NCBI GenBank assembly: GCA_964016885.1
Contig: OZ024751.1
Span: 35,278,001-35,342,000 of the forward strand
Reading direction: 5' to 3'
From: Eledone cirrhosa
Taxonomy: Eukaryota
Length of the DNA: 64,000 bases
Shown: piece by piece, positions 43,441-55,639 of the stretch
Layout of the letters: every line of letters starts with the position of its first letter
Numbering within the stretch: the stretch's first letter is position 1
Program-made: the position numbers and the translations under genes
The notes under the pieces: model-generated
The model's database searches: none
Told to the model about the DNA's origin: nothing
The model's input: only the letters and a program-made list of their open reading frames with translations

Positions 43441-43690
43441 ATTTCTTTATTAGCCACAGGGGCACAAAAGAAGGGGACAAATACAAAGGGGGAAGTTTAC
43501 ATACAATAAAAACGTGTAAAATGTTATCACAGATGGAATTTAAAAGTTAGTCGATTTTCCCCAATAGAGGGAGACAGTTTATATGGGTAACACAGACCCC
43601 CGAAAAAAATGTGCAACCCTCATCTCCAGGAGTACGAAGAGCTTGTACTCCTTTCCTCTCCTCCTCCTTTTCCTCAACCTACAGGCTGAT
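43441..43690 (-). mobile_element. Tx1/L1-type LINE 3' UTR fragment between (GATA)n tracts
   Basis: Begins atttctttattagccac and ends cctcaacctacaggct, as in the longer neighbour at 43735-44826. Confidence 0.85.
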
Positions 43691-43734
<44 letters not shown>

Positions 43735-43736
<2 letters not shown>

Positions 43737-44826
43737 TTCTTTATTAGCCACAAGGGCGCTCAAGAAAAGGGGACAATACAAAGACATGCCGGGGATTTTA
43801 CATACAGTCGTGTAAAAAATATAAAAACAATTACAACAATCGAAATCCCCAATAGGGGGGAGGCGCCACAAATGGGTTGTTTAATACCCCATAGATAGAA
43901 CAACCCTCAACTCCAGGAGCGTGTTGTGCAAGTGCTCCTTTCTTCCTTTTGCTCTCTTCCTCAACCTACAGGCTTATAAACAGAGAAGGCCCAATCACTC
44001 AGGCCATTTTTGCTTCATTCACCCACCTTTCAGTAAATTTACTGGGGTGCAGTGCCTCTCTCTCCACCCTGATTCTCCTTCTAAAGTGATACTTAAAGAA
44101 GGGAATCAATTGTTGTCCGGAAAAAAAGGCATCTGTCCTCAGTCCTCTCAACCTCGTCCACCATATAACTTCTTTCACCATAGCCACCGTACAGAGGAAA
44201 ACCGCCTCTCTTTCGTTTTTGAAAGAGGCTGGCGGTTTGATCCTTACTATGGACTCGGCAGTCAACTGGATTTGTCCCATACGCGACAGCAGTTGTTCTG
44301 CATAGTTCCACGGGTCAGTTACGCCCGGGCAGTGTACAATTGCGTGCAGGACTGTTTCAATGTCCTGCGCACATCTTGGACACGTCCTCTTGGAAGGATC
44401 CCTGCCGGGGCGTCCGTGCCTGTAGATCTTGTCACGAACCGGTAGAGCTCCTCGGTAGCACTGCCAGGCCAGGGACCTCTGGAAGTTGTCCATAGGTCCC
44501 GGTGGGAAAGTTCTACCAAATAGACTGGTGAGCTCATCGTCTTCGACGCCCAGAGTCTCTCCGAGCACGTCGTCGCCCTTGTAACGTACAATCCCTCTAT
44601 AGAATGTCGAAGTGGAGTCTCCACTGATTGCTGCGCCCGCTTGCCAGAGGACTGTGAGCGCCTGAGCGCATTCAATGTGCCAGGTGCCCATCGTTTTCGG
44701 TCTTTTCTTCACCCAGGACTGCAGCTCCGTTAGCGAGACGAACTGTGGGAAAGCCTGTCTCACAAACGGTGCCCACACCGGTTGGAGGTCGGTGAGGAAT
44801 ACCTGGAGATGCCGCAGCCTCAGCGC
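43735..44826 (-). mobile_element. 5'-truncated Tx1/L1-type LINE between (GATA)n tracts, with a premature stop at 43999
   Basis: ALRLRHL...FQRSLAWQCYRGALPVRDKI...CPRCAQDIETVLHAIVHC aligns with the 22323-23366 copy; natural TAG at 43966-43968. Confidence 0.9.
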
Positions 44827-44896
<70 letters not shown>

Positions 44897-44940
44897 GTTT
44901 CTTTATTAGCCACAGGGGTACAAAAGAAGGGGACAAATAC

Positions 44941-44942
<2 letters not shown>
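44897..44942 (-). mobile_element. Very short 3' stub of the same LINE between (GATA)n tracts
   Basis: gtttctttattagccacaggggtacaaaagaaggggacaaatacaa matches 43441-43487. Confidence 0.8.
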
Positions 44943-44979
<37 letters not shown>

Positions 44980-45066
44980 GTGGGTGGGTGGATATATAGA
45001 TGGATAGATAAATAGACAGTACACGTGTATTTTTGTGTGTGTGTATATATGTGTGTGTGTGGGATG

Positions 45067-45107
<41 letters not shown>

Positions 45108-45134
45108 ATTATATATGTGTGTGTGTGTGTGCGA

Positions 45135-45190
<56 letters not shown>

Positions 45191-46454
45191 ATTCGTGTGT
45201 ATTCTCTATTATTATATTAAAAGCAAAACATACACACAGACATAAGAACACACACACACACACACTCATCTACACATACACACACGTAAACTCACGTAAA
45301 CACACACATACACCTATGAACAGCAAAATGACTTTCAATTAAGATGTAGCGGCTACCTGTATAATATAAATATTTAAACTAGAACTTAGCTCCTTACATT
45401 AGACAACCTTGGTTGTGTATAGACGAAGGTATGGCTATGTGGTTAAGGAGTTGACTTCACAACCTTCGTTTGACGGGTTCAATCCCGATGAGCAGCACTT
45501 TGGGCAAATGTCTTCATCTTACAGACTAGGGTTGATTGATTAATACCTTGTGAATGAAATTTGATGGCAGAAATATATCGATGTACAAATATATACATAC
45601 ATGAATTGGGTGTTGAGTTGTTGAACATTTCACGTGATTCCGGTGTACTCAACAGAAAATGAGTACCAGTAATAGCTAGGGGGAGTTAACCCAGCGATGG
45701 ACTAGCGTCATGTCCAGCGGTGGCGGAGGAATCTTGTACTCTCAGTCGCTTCACGCAACAGAAACCGGAATAAGCACCAACCTGGAGAGTCCCTTTTATC
45801 TACAGCCTTATCTTCCCTTCTTTACCCCCCCCCCCTCTCTCATCGTTGCTCAGTTTTGTTTTGCAGCAAAGAGTTACGGAACGTAATGTTCTGAGTTCAA
45901 ATCCCGTCGAGGTTAAATTTGCCTTTCATCCTTACGGGTTCGATAAAATAAAGTACCAGCAACGTACTGAGGTAATTGCTGTCCTTCTGCCAAAAGTAAA
46001 AACAATTATTTTGTTTCCTATTTCCATCAGTATTTGTAATGTTATTTATACAACTGTGAATTAACAACTTTAGACAGACAAACGATTAAAAAATAAGATA
46101 TAACAAGAAAAAATAAGATATAACAAGAAAAAATAAGATATAACAAGAAAAAATAAGAAAAAATATTTTAAAAAAACGGTCGCCTGCCTGTTTCTGTGTA
46201 AAGATGTTTTGAGAGAAAAGCGACACCAGCTTTGTTCATGTTTCTAAGCAGGTAAGCGACATCAGTTACTGTAGACCTAGAATATTGTTGGATGGTAGAT
46301 AGTTGGTGTCGCTTATGTGGCGGAAATTGGCTTCTTGGGTTTTTTTTGGTGGGGAGGGGGGGGGGGTCTAAAGGAAACGGAAGCGACATCAGAGACGTTA
46401 GTTCCAAACATTGGGGTAACAACGTCGCTGATGTCGCTAATGATACTAATATTG

Positions 46455-46752
46455 CTGATGATGATGGTGATGGTGGTGGTGCTGGTGCTGGTGGTGCTGG
46501 TGATGGTGGTGCTGGTGCTGGTGGTGGTGGTGATGGTGGTGGCGGTGGTGGTCCTGGTGGTGGTGGTGGTGGTGGTGGTGGTGGTGGAGGTGGTGGTCCT
46601 GGTGCTGGTGGTGGTGGTGGTGGTCCTGGTGCTGGTGGTGGTGGTGCTGGTAGTGGTGGTGCTGGTGGTGGTGGTGGTGGTCCTGGTGCTGGTGGTGGTG
46701 GTGGTAGTGGTGCTGGTGGTGGTGGTGCTGGTGCTGGTGGTGGTAGTGGTGG

Positions 46753-46783
<31 letters not shown>

Positions 46784-47050
46784 GGTGGTGGTGCTGGTGG
46801 TGCTGGTGATGGTGGTGATGGTGGTGGTAGTGGTGGTGGTGGAGGTGGTGGTGGTGGTGGTGGTGGTGGTCCTGGTGGTGCTGGTGGTGCTGGTGGTGGT
46901 GGTGCTGGTGGTGGTGGTGCTGGTGGTGGTGGTGATGGTGGTGGTGGTGGTGGTGGTGGTCCTGGTGGTGCTGGTGGTGCTGGTGGTGGTGGTGCTGGTG
47001 GTGGTGGTGCTGGTGGTGGTGGTGATGGTGGTGGTGGTGGTGGTGGTGGT
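46455..47050. repeat. (GGT)n microsatellite with gct/cct/gat interruptions
   Basis: Direct inspection. Confidence 0.9.
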
Positions 47051-47188
47051 ATTGATAAAGGTGTTGCAGATGATGTTGATGCTTATCATCGTCGTCGTAG
47101 TAATAGTAGTAGTAGCAGCAACAGTAGTAGTATTAGTAGTAATAGTAGTAGTAGTAGTAGTAGTAGTAGCAACAACAGCAGCAGTAGC

Positions 47189-47219
<31 letters not shown>

Positions 47220-47357
47220 CTGGTGGTGGTGTTAGCTGCTTTCTCGCCGCCGTTGATATCACAGCACTGACATCGTGGTGGTTGTCATGGTGCTAGTAGT
47301 CGTTATGGGCGCCGTCTCGGACTATCCCATTATGTCTGTATAATATATACACTACCC

Positions 47358-47391
<34 letters not shown>

Positions 47392-47549
47392 GGGGGGTTA
47401 TGTACACAACCGCGACGACGCAAAAAGGTTTCTGCGGTTTGTGGTCACCCTCCCCCCGGATGTCACCCTCCCCCCGGGTGTCCCCCTCCCCCGGGTGTCA
47501 GCTCCACAGTTCCCCCCCCCCTCTCTCTCAATATATAAATATATATTAT

Positions 47550-47643
47550 AAAGAGTCTGACACCGACGGCAGAGCTGTTGTCGTTTAAACAGCTAGTAAC
47601 TGTTAAAATGGCAAGAGCTCAGCCGTCGGTGCCAGACTTTTTT
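47550..47643. repeat. Imperfect long hairpin related to 4032-4155 (family B Penelope-like end)
   Basis: aagagtctgacaccgacggcagagct...agctcagccgtcggtgccagactttt, followed by ctctgctaccccaagtattgagtactc shared with 4000-4030, 4500-4535, 6245-6285 and 22120-22140. Confidence 0.7.
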
Positions 47644-48445
47644 TAATTTAACCCTACTCTGCTACCCCAAGTATTGAGTACTCTGTTGTGCAAGAGGCTT
47701 CTAGTCTTCGTTAAGACATTTCTCGAGGAGGAGAAAGTCACTCTGATATAAAACTTTGTTTGTATCCAATAATGTGGACCAGGTCTTCTTTTTGGGGGGT
47801 AAATACATTGAATGTCCAGAGAGAGGGATTGGCTCCGTGCAAAGCCTTTCCTCACTTAAACAAGCTTCAAACATAGGCATCGCTTGATATGTGACATTTT
47901 TTGCAATGCATGGTATTGCTGGCCACAGGCAAGTCCCTAACAGGACTAGGAAGTCACGTCCGTGATGCCCATGCTTAAGTATCAAGCGAAGGCTTGACTC
48001 CCCCTGGATAGGACGCCAGTTTAACGCAGGGTTAAGCCCCTATCTATTGCTGGTACTCATTTTCAGCTGAGTATACTGAAGCAACGTGAAATGGACTGGT
48101 TTTTGCTCAAGAACACAACACACAACCCAGCCCAGGAATCGAACCGACGACATTATGGTTGTATCTAACACCCTTACCACTAGGCCACGCACATCCACAC
48201 ACAGAGACACACACACATATATATGTCAACCTCTCTCTCGCTCTAACTCTCTCCCATTGTCTATCTATCAGTCTCACTCTCTCTCCCCATCCTCTCTCTA
48301 ACCCTCTCCCATTGTATATCTATCAGACTCTCTCTCCATAACTCTCTCCCATTGCCTATTTATCAATCTCTCTCTCTCTAACTCTCTCCCATTGTCTATC
48401 TATCAGTCTCTCTCTAACTCTCTCCCATTCTCTATCTGTCAGCCT

Positions 48446-48480
<35 letters not shown>

Positions 48481-49649
48481 CCCTCTCTCCATTCATCCAA
48501 AATAATACATAAATTTACGCCATTTATCATCTATAAAATCCGTACTTAAACCATGTTACTTTAGCTTCACTATCTAACCTTATAGAAAAGAGAAGATTAA
48601 TTATTGCTTTAAAAATCTCTCCTCAAGGTTATTAAAACATAATTCCTTGGCTCACTAGTAAAAATGCTTTCCCCCAGCTTTTCTTTGCCATTATCGTCTG
48701 CTTTTATTCAATTCGACAAGGCAGCCGATCCGTTAAAGCCATAGAAGAAACCACGTAGAAACCATTTTGCTTTTATCCCCAGATACCTTTTCTTCCAGCT
48801 CAACTCTGATGTCCGTAAAAGTTCAACTCTCTCTCTCTTGGTTCCTATCTATCTATCTATCCTTCTCTGTATACCTACCTACCTCTCTCTCTCTCTCTCC
48901 TGCCATGTATATTTCCCGTCTGTCATTTTTTTTATTTCTCCCTCTAAGAAGTTGGCTGGAGAAATGTCAGATTCCATTAAATCTTCGTTTAATCCTTACT
49001 CTTTATTCTTTATTCTCTTATTCTTTTATTCCTTTACTGGCTTAAGTCAATAGGCAGCCACCGGCCATGCTGGGGCACCACTGCCTTCAAGAGATTTAGC
49101 CGGTCTGATCATATCGTTATTTTATCGATCGTTATTTGTCGAACTGCTATGTCGCGGTACACAAACACAGACATATATTATACTATATATATGATGCGAG
49201 AATCAGGTATTTACTACGCCCTTTCCTTCTTCCCTCTCTCTTCGCAACTAGGGATTGATATGATCGACAAAAACCTTTCGAGGCCACTGGGCTCCAGTAT
49301 GGCCGCAACCCAATGACTGAAACAGTGAAAGAATATAAGCATTTATCTCTTCTAGAATAGAGGTGGGGTGGGGAGAGTTCCCTCCAATGCCACCCCCACC
49401 CTCCCTACCATCTTATCATACCCCCTTCCCCCAGTCTGTTGTGGAATATTCCACCACTTTCTCGTTAATTCACAATTTGGACATTCACTTAATCGAACTG
49501 ACTGCTCATCATCGACAGTGACGGAGGTTCCTCCATGAAAGAGTATAGACATTTTCTCTTCTAAAATAGTGTCTGTATATTAACATATATGCAAATGACC
49601 TCTCTTTATAATGGACGCCATCAATTTGGTCCTAGATGTCACATTGTGA

Positions 49650-49738
<89 letters not shown>

Positions 49739-49765
49739 TAAAAAATAGATATATACATATATATA

Positions 49766-49868
49766 CAGGGTGTCCCAAAAAAATGTATACATACTTCGAT
49801 TATCTGCACAGGCAATATTTATTAAAATGCTGTTGAGGCGTGTATACATTTTTGGGGGACAGCCACTA
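49766..49868. mobile_element. About 100-bp Tc1/mariner-type MITE
   Basis: TA-cagggtgtcccaaaaaaatgtataca ... tgtatacatttttgggggacagccac-TA: imperfect TIRs of about 26 bp in a TA context. Confidence 0.7.
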
Positions 49869-51254
49869 TATATCAGTTAAAGTGAATATTTTGCCAGCTA
49901 ACAGCAAAACTGTCAAAAGAATCTTTCAGACTGACTATATTTATTGTGTGTTGTTATTTATTATGTTGTTGTGAAGGCACATGGCTTAGTGGTTAGGGTC
50001 TTTCGCCAATAATCATAAGCCCATCAGTTCAATTGCCAAGAGTTCGGTGTGTCCTTGAACAATTCACGTTGATCCAGTCCACCCAGTTTTAAAAAATGAG
50101 GTCTCTGTGATTCAACGAGCCAGCTTTGTCATATACACTCTGAATCTATATTATATAGAAATACAAAAACACCAGGTGTCGCCAAAACCAATATTTGTTT
50201 GAAATCTTTATATTCTGATTTCAAATCTCACCGAGGTCATCTTCACCTTTCACCCTCCAACGATCAATTAAATTAAATATAGTACCAGTCAAATACTGGG
50301 GTTGATTTAATCGACTTTCCCTGCTTGTAAATTGCTGGCCTTGTGCCTAAATTAGAAACCATGTATTGTGTTATGTTATTTACTGATAAAGCAACATTAT
50401 GTTGGAGACTATGATTAAAGGAAACTCTTCAGATGTGGTCAAACTGATAATTCCTAGAGAGTGTTTCTGGTATCAACAATGACCAGTTTGTTTAAATACA
50501 CAACAACAACAACTCCAGACAGACGATTGTCCATATTAAAATATTCTACTTCTCAACTTGTCACATCACAGGAAATCTCTCTCTCTACATTCTATTGTTC
50601 TGACTATTATCATGTTGGTGGTGGTGGTGGTGGTGATGGTGTAATGATGGTGGTGGTGGTGGTGGTGGTGGTGGTGGTGGTGGTGGTGAAGGTGTGATGA
50701 TGGCGTTGGTGGTGGTGGTGGTGGTGATGTTGTAATGATGGCGGCGGCGGTGGTGGTGGTGGTGGTGAAGGTGTGATGATGGCGTTGGTGGTGGTGGTGG
50801 TGGTGAAGGTGTGATGATGGCGTTGGTGGTGGTGGTGGTGGTGATGGTGTAATGATGGCGGCGGTGATGGTGTAATGATGGCGGCAGTGGTGGTGGTGGT
50901 GGTGAAGGTGTGATGATGGCGTTGGTGGTGGTGGTGGTGGTGGTGAAGGTCTGATGATGGCGTTGGTGGTGGTGTAGGTGTGATGGGGGGGGGGGGGGGG
51001 GGTGATGGGGGGGGGGGGGGGGGGGGTAATGGTGGTGCTGGTGGTGGTGGTGCTGGTGGTAGTGGTGGTGGTGTAGGTGTGATGGGGGGGGGGGGGGGGG
51101 GGGGGGGGTTGTAGGTGTGATACAGTGGTGTTGTTGTTGGTGGTGATGATGGTGGAGTGGTATTGACAACAACGACAACAACAAAGTCACTCAAGTTATT
51201 TCATTTCCAGCCATTTCTTGATTGGATTCATTTAAAAAAATAAACGAAAATATT

Positions 51255-52055
51255 CAATGAGAGAGAGGGGGAGGGGAGAGACAGAGAGAGTGAGAGAGAG
51301 AGGAGACAGAGAGAGTGTGAGAGAGAGGGGGAGAGAGACAGAGAGAGTGAGAGAGAGAAGGGGGAAGAGACAGAGACAGAGAGAGTGAGAGAGAGAGGGG
51401 GAGAGACAGAGAGTGTGAGAGAGAGAGGGGAGAGACAGAGAGAGTGAGAGAGAGAAGGGGGAAGAGACAGAGACAGAGAGAGTGAGAGAGAGAGGGGGAG
51501 ATACAGAGAGTGTGAGAGAGAGAGGGGAGAGACAGCGAGAATGAGAGAGAGAAGGGGGAAGAGACAGAGAGAGTGAGAGAGAAGGGGGAGAGACAGAGAG
51601 AGTGAGAGAGGGGGGACTGAGAGAGTGAGGGGGTACAAAGAGTGTGAGAGAGAGAGAGAGAGAGAGGGGGTAGACAGAGAGAGAGAGGGGACAGAGAGTG
51701 TGAGAGAGAGGGGGGAGAGACAGAGAGAGTGTGAGAGAGAGGGGGAGACACAGAGAGAGTGAGAGAGAGGGGAGACAGAGAGAGTGAGAGAGGGGGGGAG
51801 AGACAGAGAGAGGGGGAGAGACAGAGAGTGAGAGGGAGAGGGGGAGAGACAGAGAGATGGGGGGGGCAGATAGTGAGAGAGAGGGGGAGAGACATAGAGT
51901 GGGAGGGAGAGGGGGAGAGACAGAGAGGGGGGGGGGGGGGCAGATAGTGAGAGAGGGGGAGAGCCAGAGAGAGAGGGGGACAGAGAGAGTGAGAGAGAGA
52001 GAGTGGAGATAGAGAGTGAGAGAGAGAGAGGGGGATAGAGAGAGTGAGAGAGAGA
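51255..52055. repeat. About 800-bp GA-rich purine tract with higher-order units
   Basis: Direct inspection. Confidence 0.9.
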
Positions 52056-52406
52056 CACAGATATAGAAACCCACAAATACACACATACACCCACGAGGAT
52101 GGTGATGGTGGTGATGATGATGGTGATGGTGGTGATGATGGTGGTGGTGATGGTGATGATGGTGGTGGTGATGATGGTGATGATGATCGTGATGGTGGTG
52201 ATGATGGTGATGATGATGATGGTGATGATGATGATGGTGATGATGGTGGTGGTGGTGATGATGATGATGGTGGTGATTATGGTAATGGTGATGATGGCGA
52301 TGATGGTGATGATGGTGATGGCGATGGTGATAATAACAACAACAATGACCGTCATTTCATCTCAACGCAGGACATGTTGCTATAGTAACATCAACCAAGA
52401 CATAAT

Positions 52407-53168
52407 TTATTCAGTTTTTATTTGTTTGTGTGGTAAATGAAGCGGGATCTGGTGCCCGGCAACAGTCACAAGACTAACAGGATAAAGGGAGTCACCAGAA
52501 TTTGTCTGGGGACCATTTATATTAGAAGAACTGTTATTGGACATAATAGAGTCCACATCGACCTCAATTAAAACTGAGGTACTATAATCAGGTTGGTTCT
52601 GACTCACGACCCCTGTTATCATTTGTGACAAATTACAGATAGTCTTCTCATACTGAAGTCCTGTCAATGTCATTTTGTTGTCGAAGTGTTCATAGTTCAA
52701 GAAGGAATCGGACATTTTTAAATTGTTCTTAGATTCCGCCATGGAACCCCCTTGAGGGTCTGTCTCTTGTTTCAACTTTATCCCTGGCTGGCTAGGGCCT
52801 CCATCACAGTCAATGCCAATTTGGAACCTGGAAGTCATTTGATAGTTCAAAGACACATTCATCTGTAATTCACTTGAAGATGATTTTAAATCAGTATTGG
52901 AATGGTTTGGCATTGCACACTGTTTATAACGACCCACAAGGCTCAATATATTGTAGACTCCAAGAATCTTCGCAATACACTCCATATTATACAGAATATC
53001 TGAGTTTAAAACCAGAACTCCTTCATACATATAAGTACAAAAGGCCCACAAAGCTTCCTCTTGGATATCAGAAGTAAAAGTTAACTGTAGAAATTCTCCT
53101 TTCAGGGCTTCAGTATTAGGAATTTCCAGAAGTTTGGTACACGTTGCAATAAGAAGATCTCGATGAAC
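52407..53168 (-). CDS. BTB/POZ-domain polyQ protein, last coding exon (C-terminal part of BTB plus low-complexity tail)
   Basis: Acceptor tgtcttacag|GTT, phase 0. VHRDLLIATCTKLL...EEALWAFCTYMYEGVLVLNSDILYNMECIAKILGVYNILSLV matches the BTB pattern (HR.vL; l..f..YmY.G.l; A..L.v..l). Ends IKTE-TAA. Confidence 0.88.
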   Translation of the reverse strand, partial: VHRDLLIATCTKLLEIPNTEALKGEFLQLTFTSDIQEEALWAFCTYMYEGVLVLNSDILYNMECIAKILGVYNILSLVGRYKQCAMPNHSNTDLKSSSSELQMNVSLNYQMTSRFQIGIDCDGGPSQPGIKLKQETDPQGGSMAESKNNLKMSDSFLNYEHFDNKMTLTGLQYEKTICNLSQMITGVVSQNQPDYSTSVLIEVDVDSIMSNNSSSNINGPQTNSGDSLYPVSLVTVAGHQIPLHLPHKQIKTE

Positions 53169-53241
53169 CTGTAAGACACAAAATATTTTGTATCATAAAA
53201 TATTTATAGAGATGCAGATCACAACATTATATTAGAAGATG

Positions 53242-53390
53242 TGAAGGCGCATGGCTTAATGGTTAGAGCATTGGGCTTGCAATCGAAAGGTTATGAGTTC
53301 AATTCTCGGACCGGGTGATGTGTTGTTTCCTTGAGCAAGACACTTTATTTCATATTGCTCCAGTTTACTCAGCTGTAGAAATAAGATGAT
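53242..53390 (+). mobile_element. tRNA-derived SINE, second family (intronic)
   Basis: tggcttaatggttagagc A box, gagttcaattc B box, body ccttgagcaagacacttta. Relatives at about 8900-9090(-), 36600-36735(-), 39415-39570, 45425-45570, 47990-48190(-) and 49970-50130. Confidence 0.75.
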
Positions 53391-53489
53391 AGGACTGGGG
53401 TCCCTATCATTCCACTGCAAAGTGGTCGTGGAGGTGCCACTGAAAAAAAATCACCCATTACTCACTGTAAAGTGGACATGTAGGCGCCA

Positions 53490-53680
53490 CGGAAAAAAGC
53501 ACCCAGCACTCAGTGTAAATGAGGTTGGTGTTAGGAAGGGCATCCAGCTGTAGAAATCAAGCAAGAATCAGTTCCCGTATGATCAAGAAGAGGTCAGCTG
53601 ACTGGATACTGCCCACAACAGGACAACCCGTCTAACCCATGCTAGCGTGGAAGAACAGACGTAAAACGGTGATGATGATG
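53490..53680 (+). mobile_element. SINE 3' portion with RTE-derived tail
   Basis: ccgtctaacccatgctagcgtggaagaacagacgtaaaacggtgatgatgat resembles the LINE end at 42205-42259. Confidence 0.7.
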
Positions 53681-53786
53681 TGTGTTTTTGAGGGATATTT
53701 AGCTGTTATTTCTAACTAGTCAAGTGACCATATATCAGCTTCCATATAAATTAGAATTGAAACGATATCAAAAGGCAACTACTTAC

Positions 53787-54006
53787 TAATATTGAGTGAG
53801 TTCCATTACTGAGGGCTGCGTTACAAAATAACCTTGATTTCCACATCTGGTAAAGCTGGGTCATAACACAACTTTGGTGGTGCTGCATCTGGAATTTATA
53901 AGTTGGTGGTTTAGGAACTGGAGATGGGCTTCTTGCTACCAAAGAAGCATGTGACTGAACCAAACTTGGGGCAGATTGTAAATGAACTTCTTTCTCATTT
54001 GGTTGT
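53787..54006 (-). CDS. BTB/POZ-domain polyQ protein, exon with the BTB N-terminal part
   Basis: ttcttttctag|A CAA CCA ... ATA TTA|gtaagt; phase 2 in, phase 0 out. HQSCVMTQLYQMWKSRLFCNAAL resembles the H...ll..L..l.....fcDv.l start of BTB. Confidence 0.88.
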
Positions 54007-54336
54007 CTAGAAAAGAAAACAAACAAAAATAGAAAATAAAGGTTCTTCTTTATGACATGAAAATCTCACTTTAAAATATTTATCCTTTGAAATGTTAAAT
54101 CTTGAAATCCCAAACCCTACCACAACGATATATACTTTGACAATACAGAAACTCAGGTGTATGCTGCCATGTGGTCCCAAAGGACAGAGTAGGGAAAGCA
54201 TTAACCTAGAGGATAGCAAGGGAAATGGGTATCTCAATAAATAGCCATTACAACTCATGGGACTCACTCCCAAGGTTGGCCAACTCTATCCTGAATAGGG
54301 ATGTGGTTTAGGGACCAAGATAAGAAGCTTACTTAC

Positions 54337-54567
54337 CCATCATCACAAGATATATTTGTATTAATATCAAATGTCTGGCTACAAATGGTTTCTCCAGTTG
54401 GAACATTGGCACCACTTTGGCCTGGAATAGACTCATGTAACAGACGTTTCCTCCAGTAATCTTGGCGGGCCCGTGATTCCCTCTTTTTAATTCGCCAGTA
54501 TTCCCTCATCCATTCCTTCGGCTTTCTATTAGCAGTGGGGCCACGGACATTACGGCGAGGCTTTAAC
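54337..54567 (-). CDS. BTB/POZ-domain polyQ protein, exon with the basic helix motif
   Basis: ttcttttgtcaaag|G TTA AAG ... GAT GG|gtaagt; 231 nt, phase 2-2; RKPKEWMREYWRIKKRESRARQDYWRKR. Confidence 0.82.
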
Positions 54568-54597
54568 CTTTGACAAAAGAAAATAATAATAATAATA

Positions 54598-54902
54598 TTA
54601 ATAATTGTTTCTACTTTTGGCACAAGGCCAGCAATTACTCAGTACATTACTGGTACTTTATTTTATCGACCCCGTATGGATGAAACGCAAAGTTAACCTC
54701 GGCGGGATTTGAACTCAAATTGTAAAGGGACGTAACTATGCTGGAAAGCATGTCCGACCCTCTACCGATACTACCAATTCACTGCCCTAATAATAATAAT
54801 AATAATAATTGTTTCTACTATTGGCACAAGGCCAGCAATTACCCAGTACATTACTGGTACTTTATTTTATCGACCCCGTAAGGATGAAAGGCAAAGTTAA
54901 CC
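54598..54902 (-). mobile_element. Two head-to-tail SINE copies (one near full length, one 5'-truncated) joined by (TAA)n
   Basis: aattgtttctact.ttggcacaaggccagcaattac...atcgaccccgta.ggatgaaa.gcaaagttaacct at about 54600 and about 54807. Confidence 0.85.
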
Positions 54903-54921
54903 TAATAATAATAATAATAAT

Positions 54922-55171
54922 GGTTTCATTTATTGGCCATAGGCGACAGTACAAAGCAGAGTACAAAGCAGTGTGTATGGAGGGGAGTACAATAAAATCG
55001 AGTAAAAAGTACACAATAACAAAAACAATTAATAATGAAAATATATAAAAATATAGCAAAATCAATTCACCAATCACCCCCCCCCCCCTACACTTTGCGG
55101 GCACCCCCACTCTTCCTGAAATTAACCACCTTACAAGCACATGCTCAGAATAGGCCCATTCACACAGGCCT
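54922..55171 (-). mobile_element. 3' end of a related Tx1/L1-type LINE flanked by (TAA)n
   Basis: ggcccattcacacaggcc (ACVNGPILSMCL*) matches ggcccattcacacgggcc (ARVNGPSLYIRL*) at about 22608-22626; AATAAA precedes the (ATT)n tail. Confidence 0.7.
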
Positions 55172-55639
55172 TAATAATAATTGTTTCTACAAGGCCAGCA
55201 ATTTTGGTGGGAGAGATAAGTCGATAATACTGACCCCAGTATTTCACTGGTATTTTATCAACTCCAGAAAGATGAAAGGCAAAATTGAGGTTGGGAAGGT
55301 TCTAATTCAGAATGTAATGACATCATTGTCGACCAGTTGTAGGATACTGGCCTGGAATATAGGAATTGAAGATGACAATGGTAGACAGAGAAGTGGGATA
55401 TAGGGACATTTCTGTCTTGGCCCAGGGTGGGAGCTCAGCCTAAGTTACATACTGGGTTTAATTTAAGGGAAATAGTTTACCGTGTTTTGGATTTTGGAAT
55501 AAATTTGGTTGACTCTTCCAGTTCGTTACTAGACTCCATCATGTTGTATCTAAAACTAAGATAAGGTTTATAAAATCAGCAGAAGGTCCACAGAAATACT
55601 TTCTAGGTTAACATCATATAATATTCTTTTGATATACAA

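Noticed and set aside
46292-47296. 334-aa glycine-rich ORF as a structural protein
   Set aside because: Almost purely GGT codons with all frames open; it behaves as a microsatellite. A donor-like aagcag|gtaagc at about 46250 is insufficient evidence for a gene.
50984-51108. Poly-G runs as functional G-quadruplexes
   Set aside because: They are variants within a (GGT)n array and homopolymer lengths are error-prone; there is no independent support.
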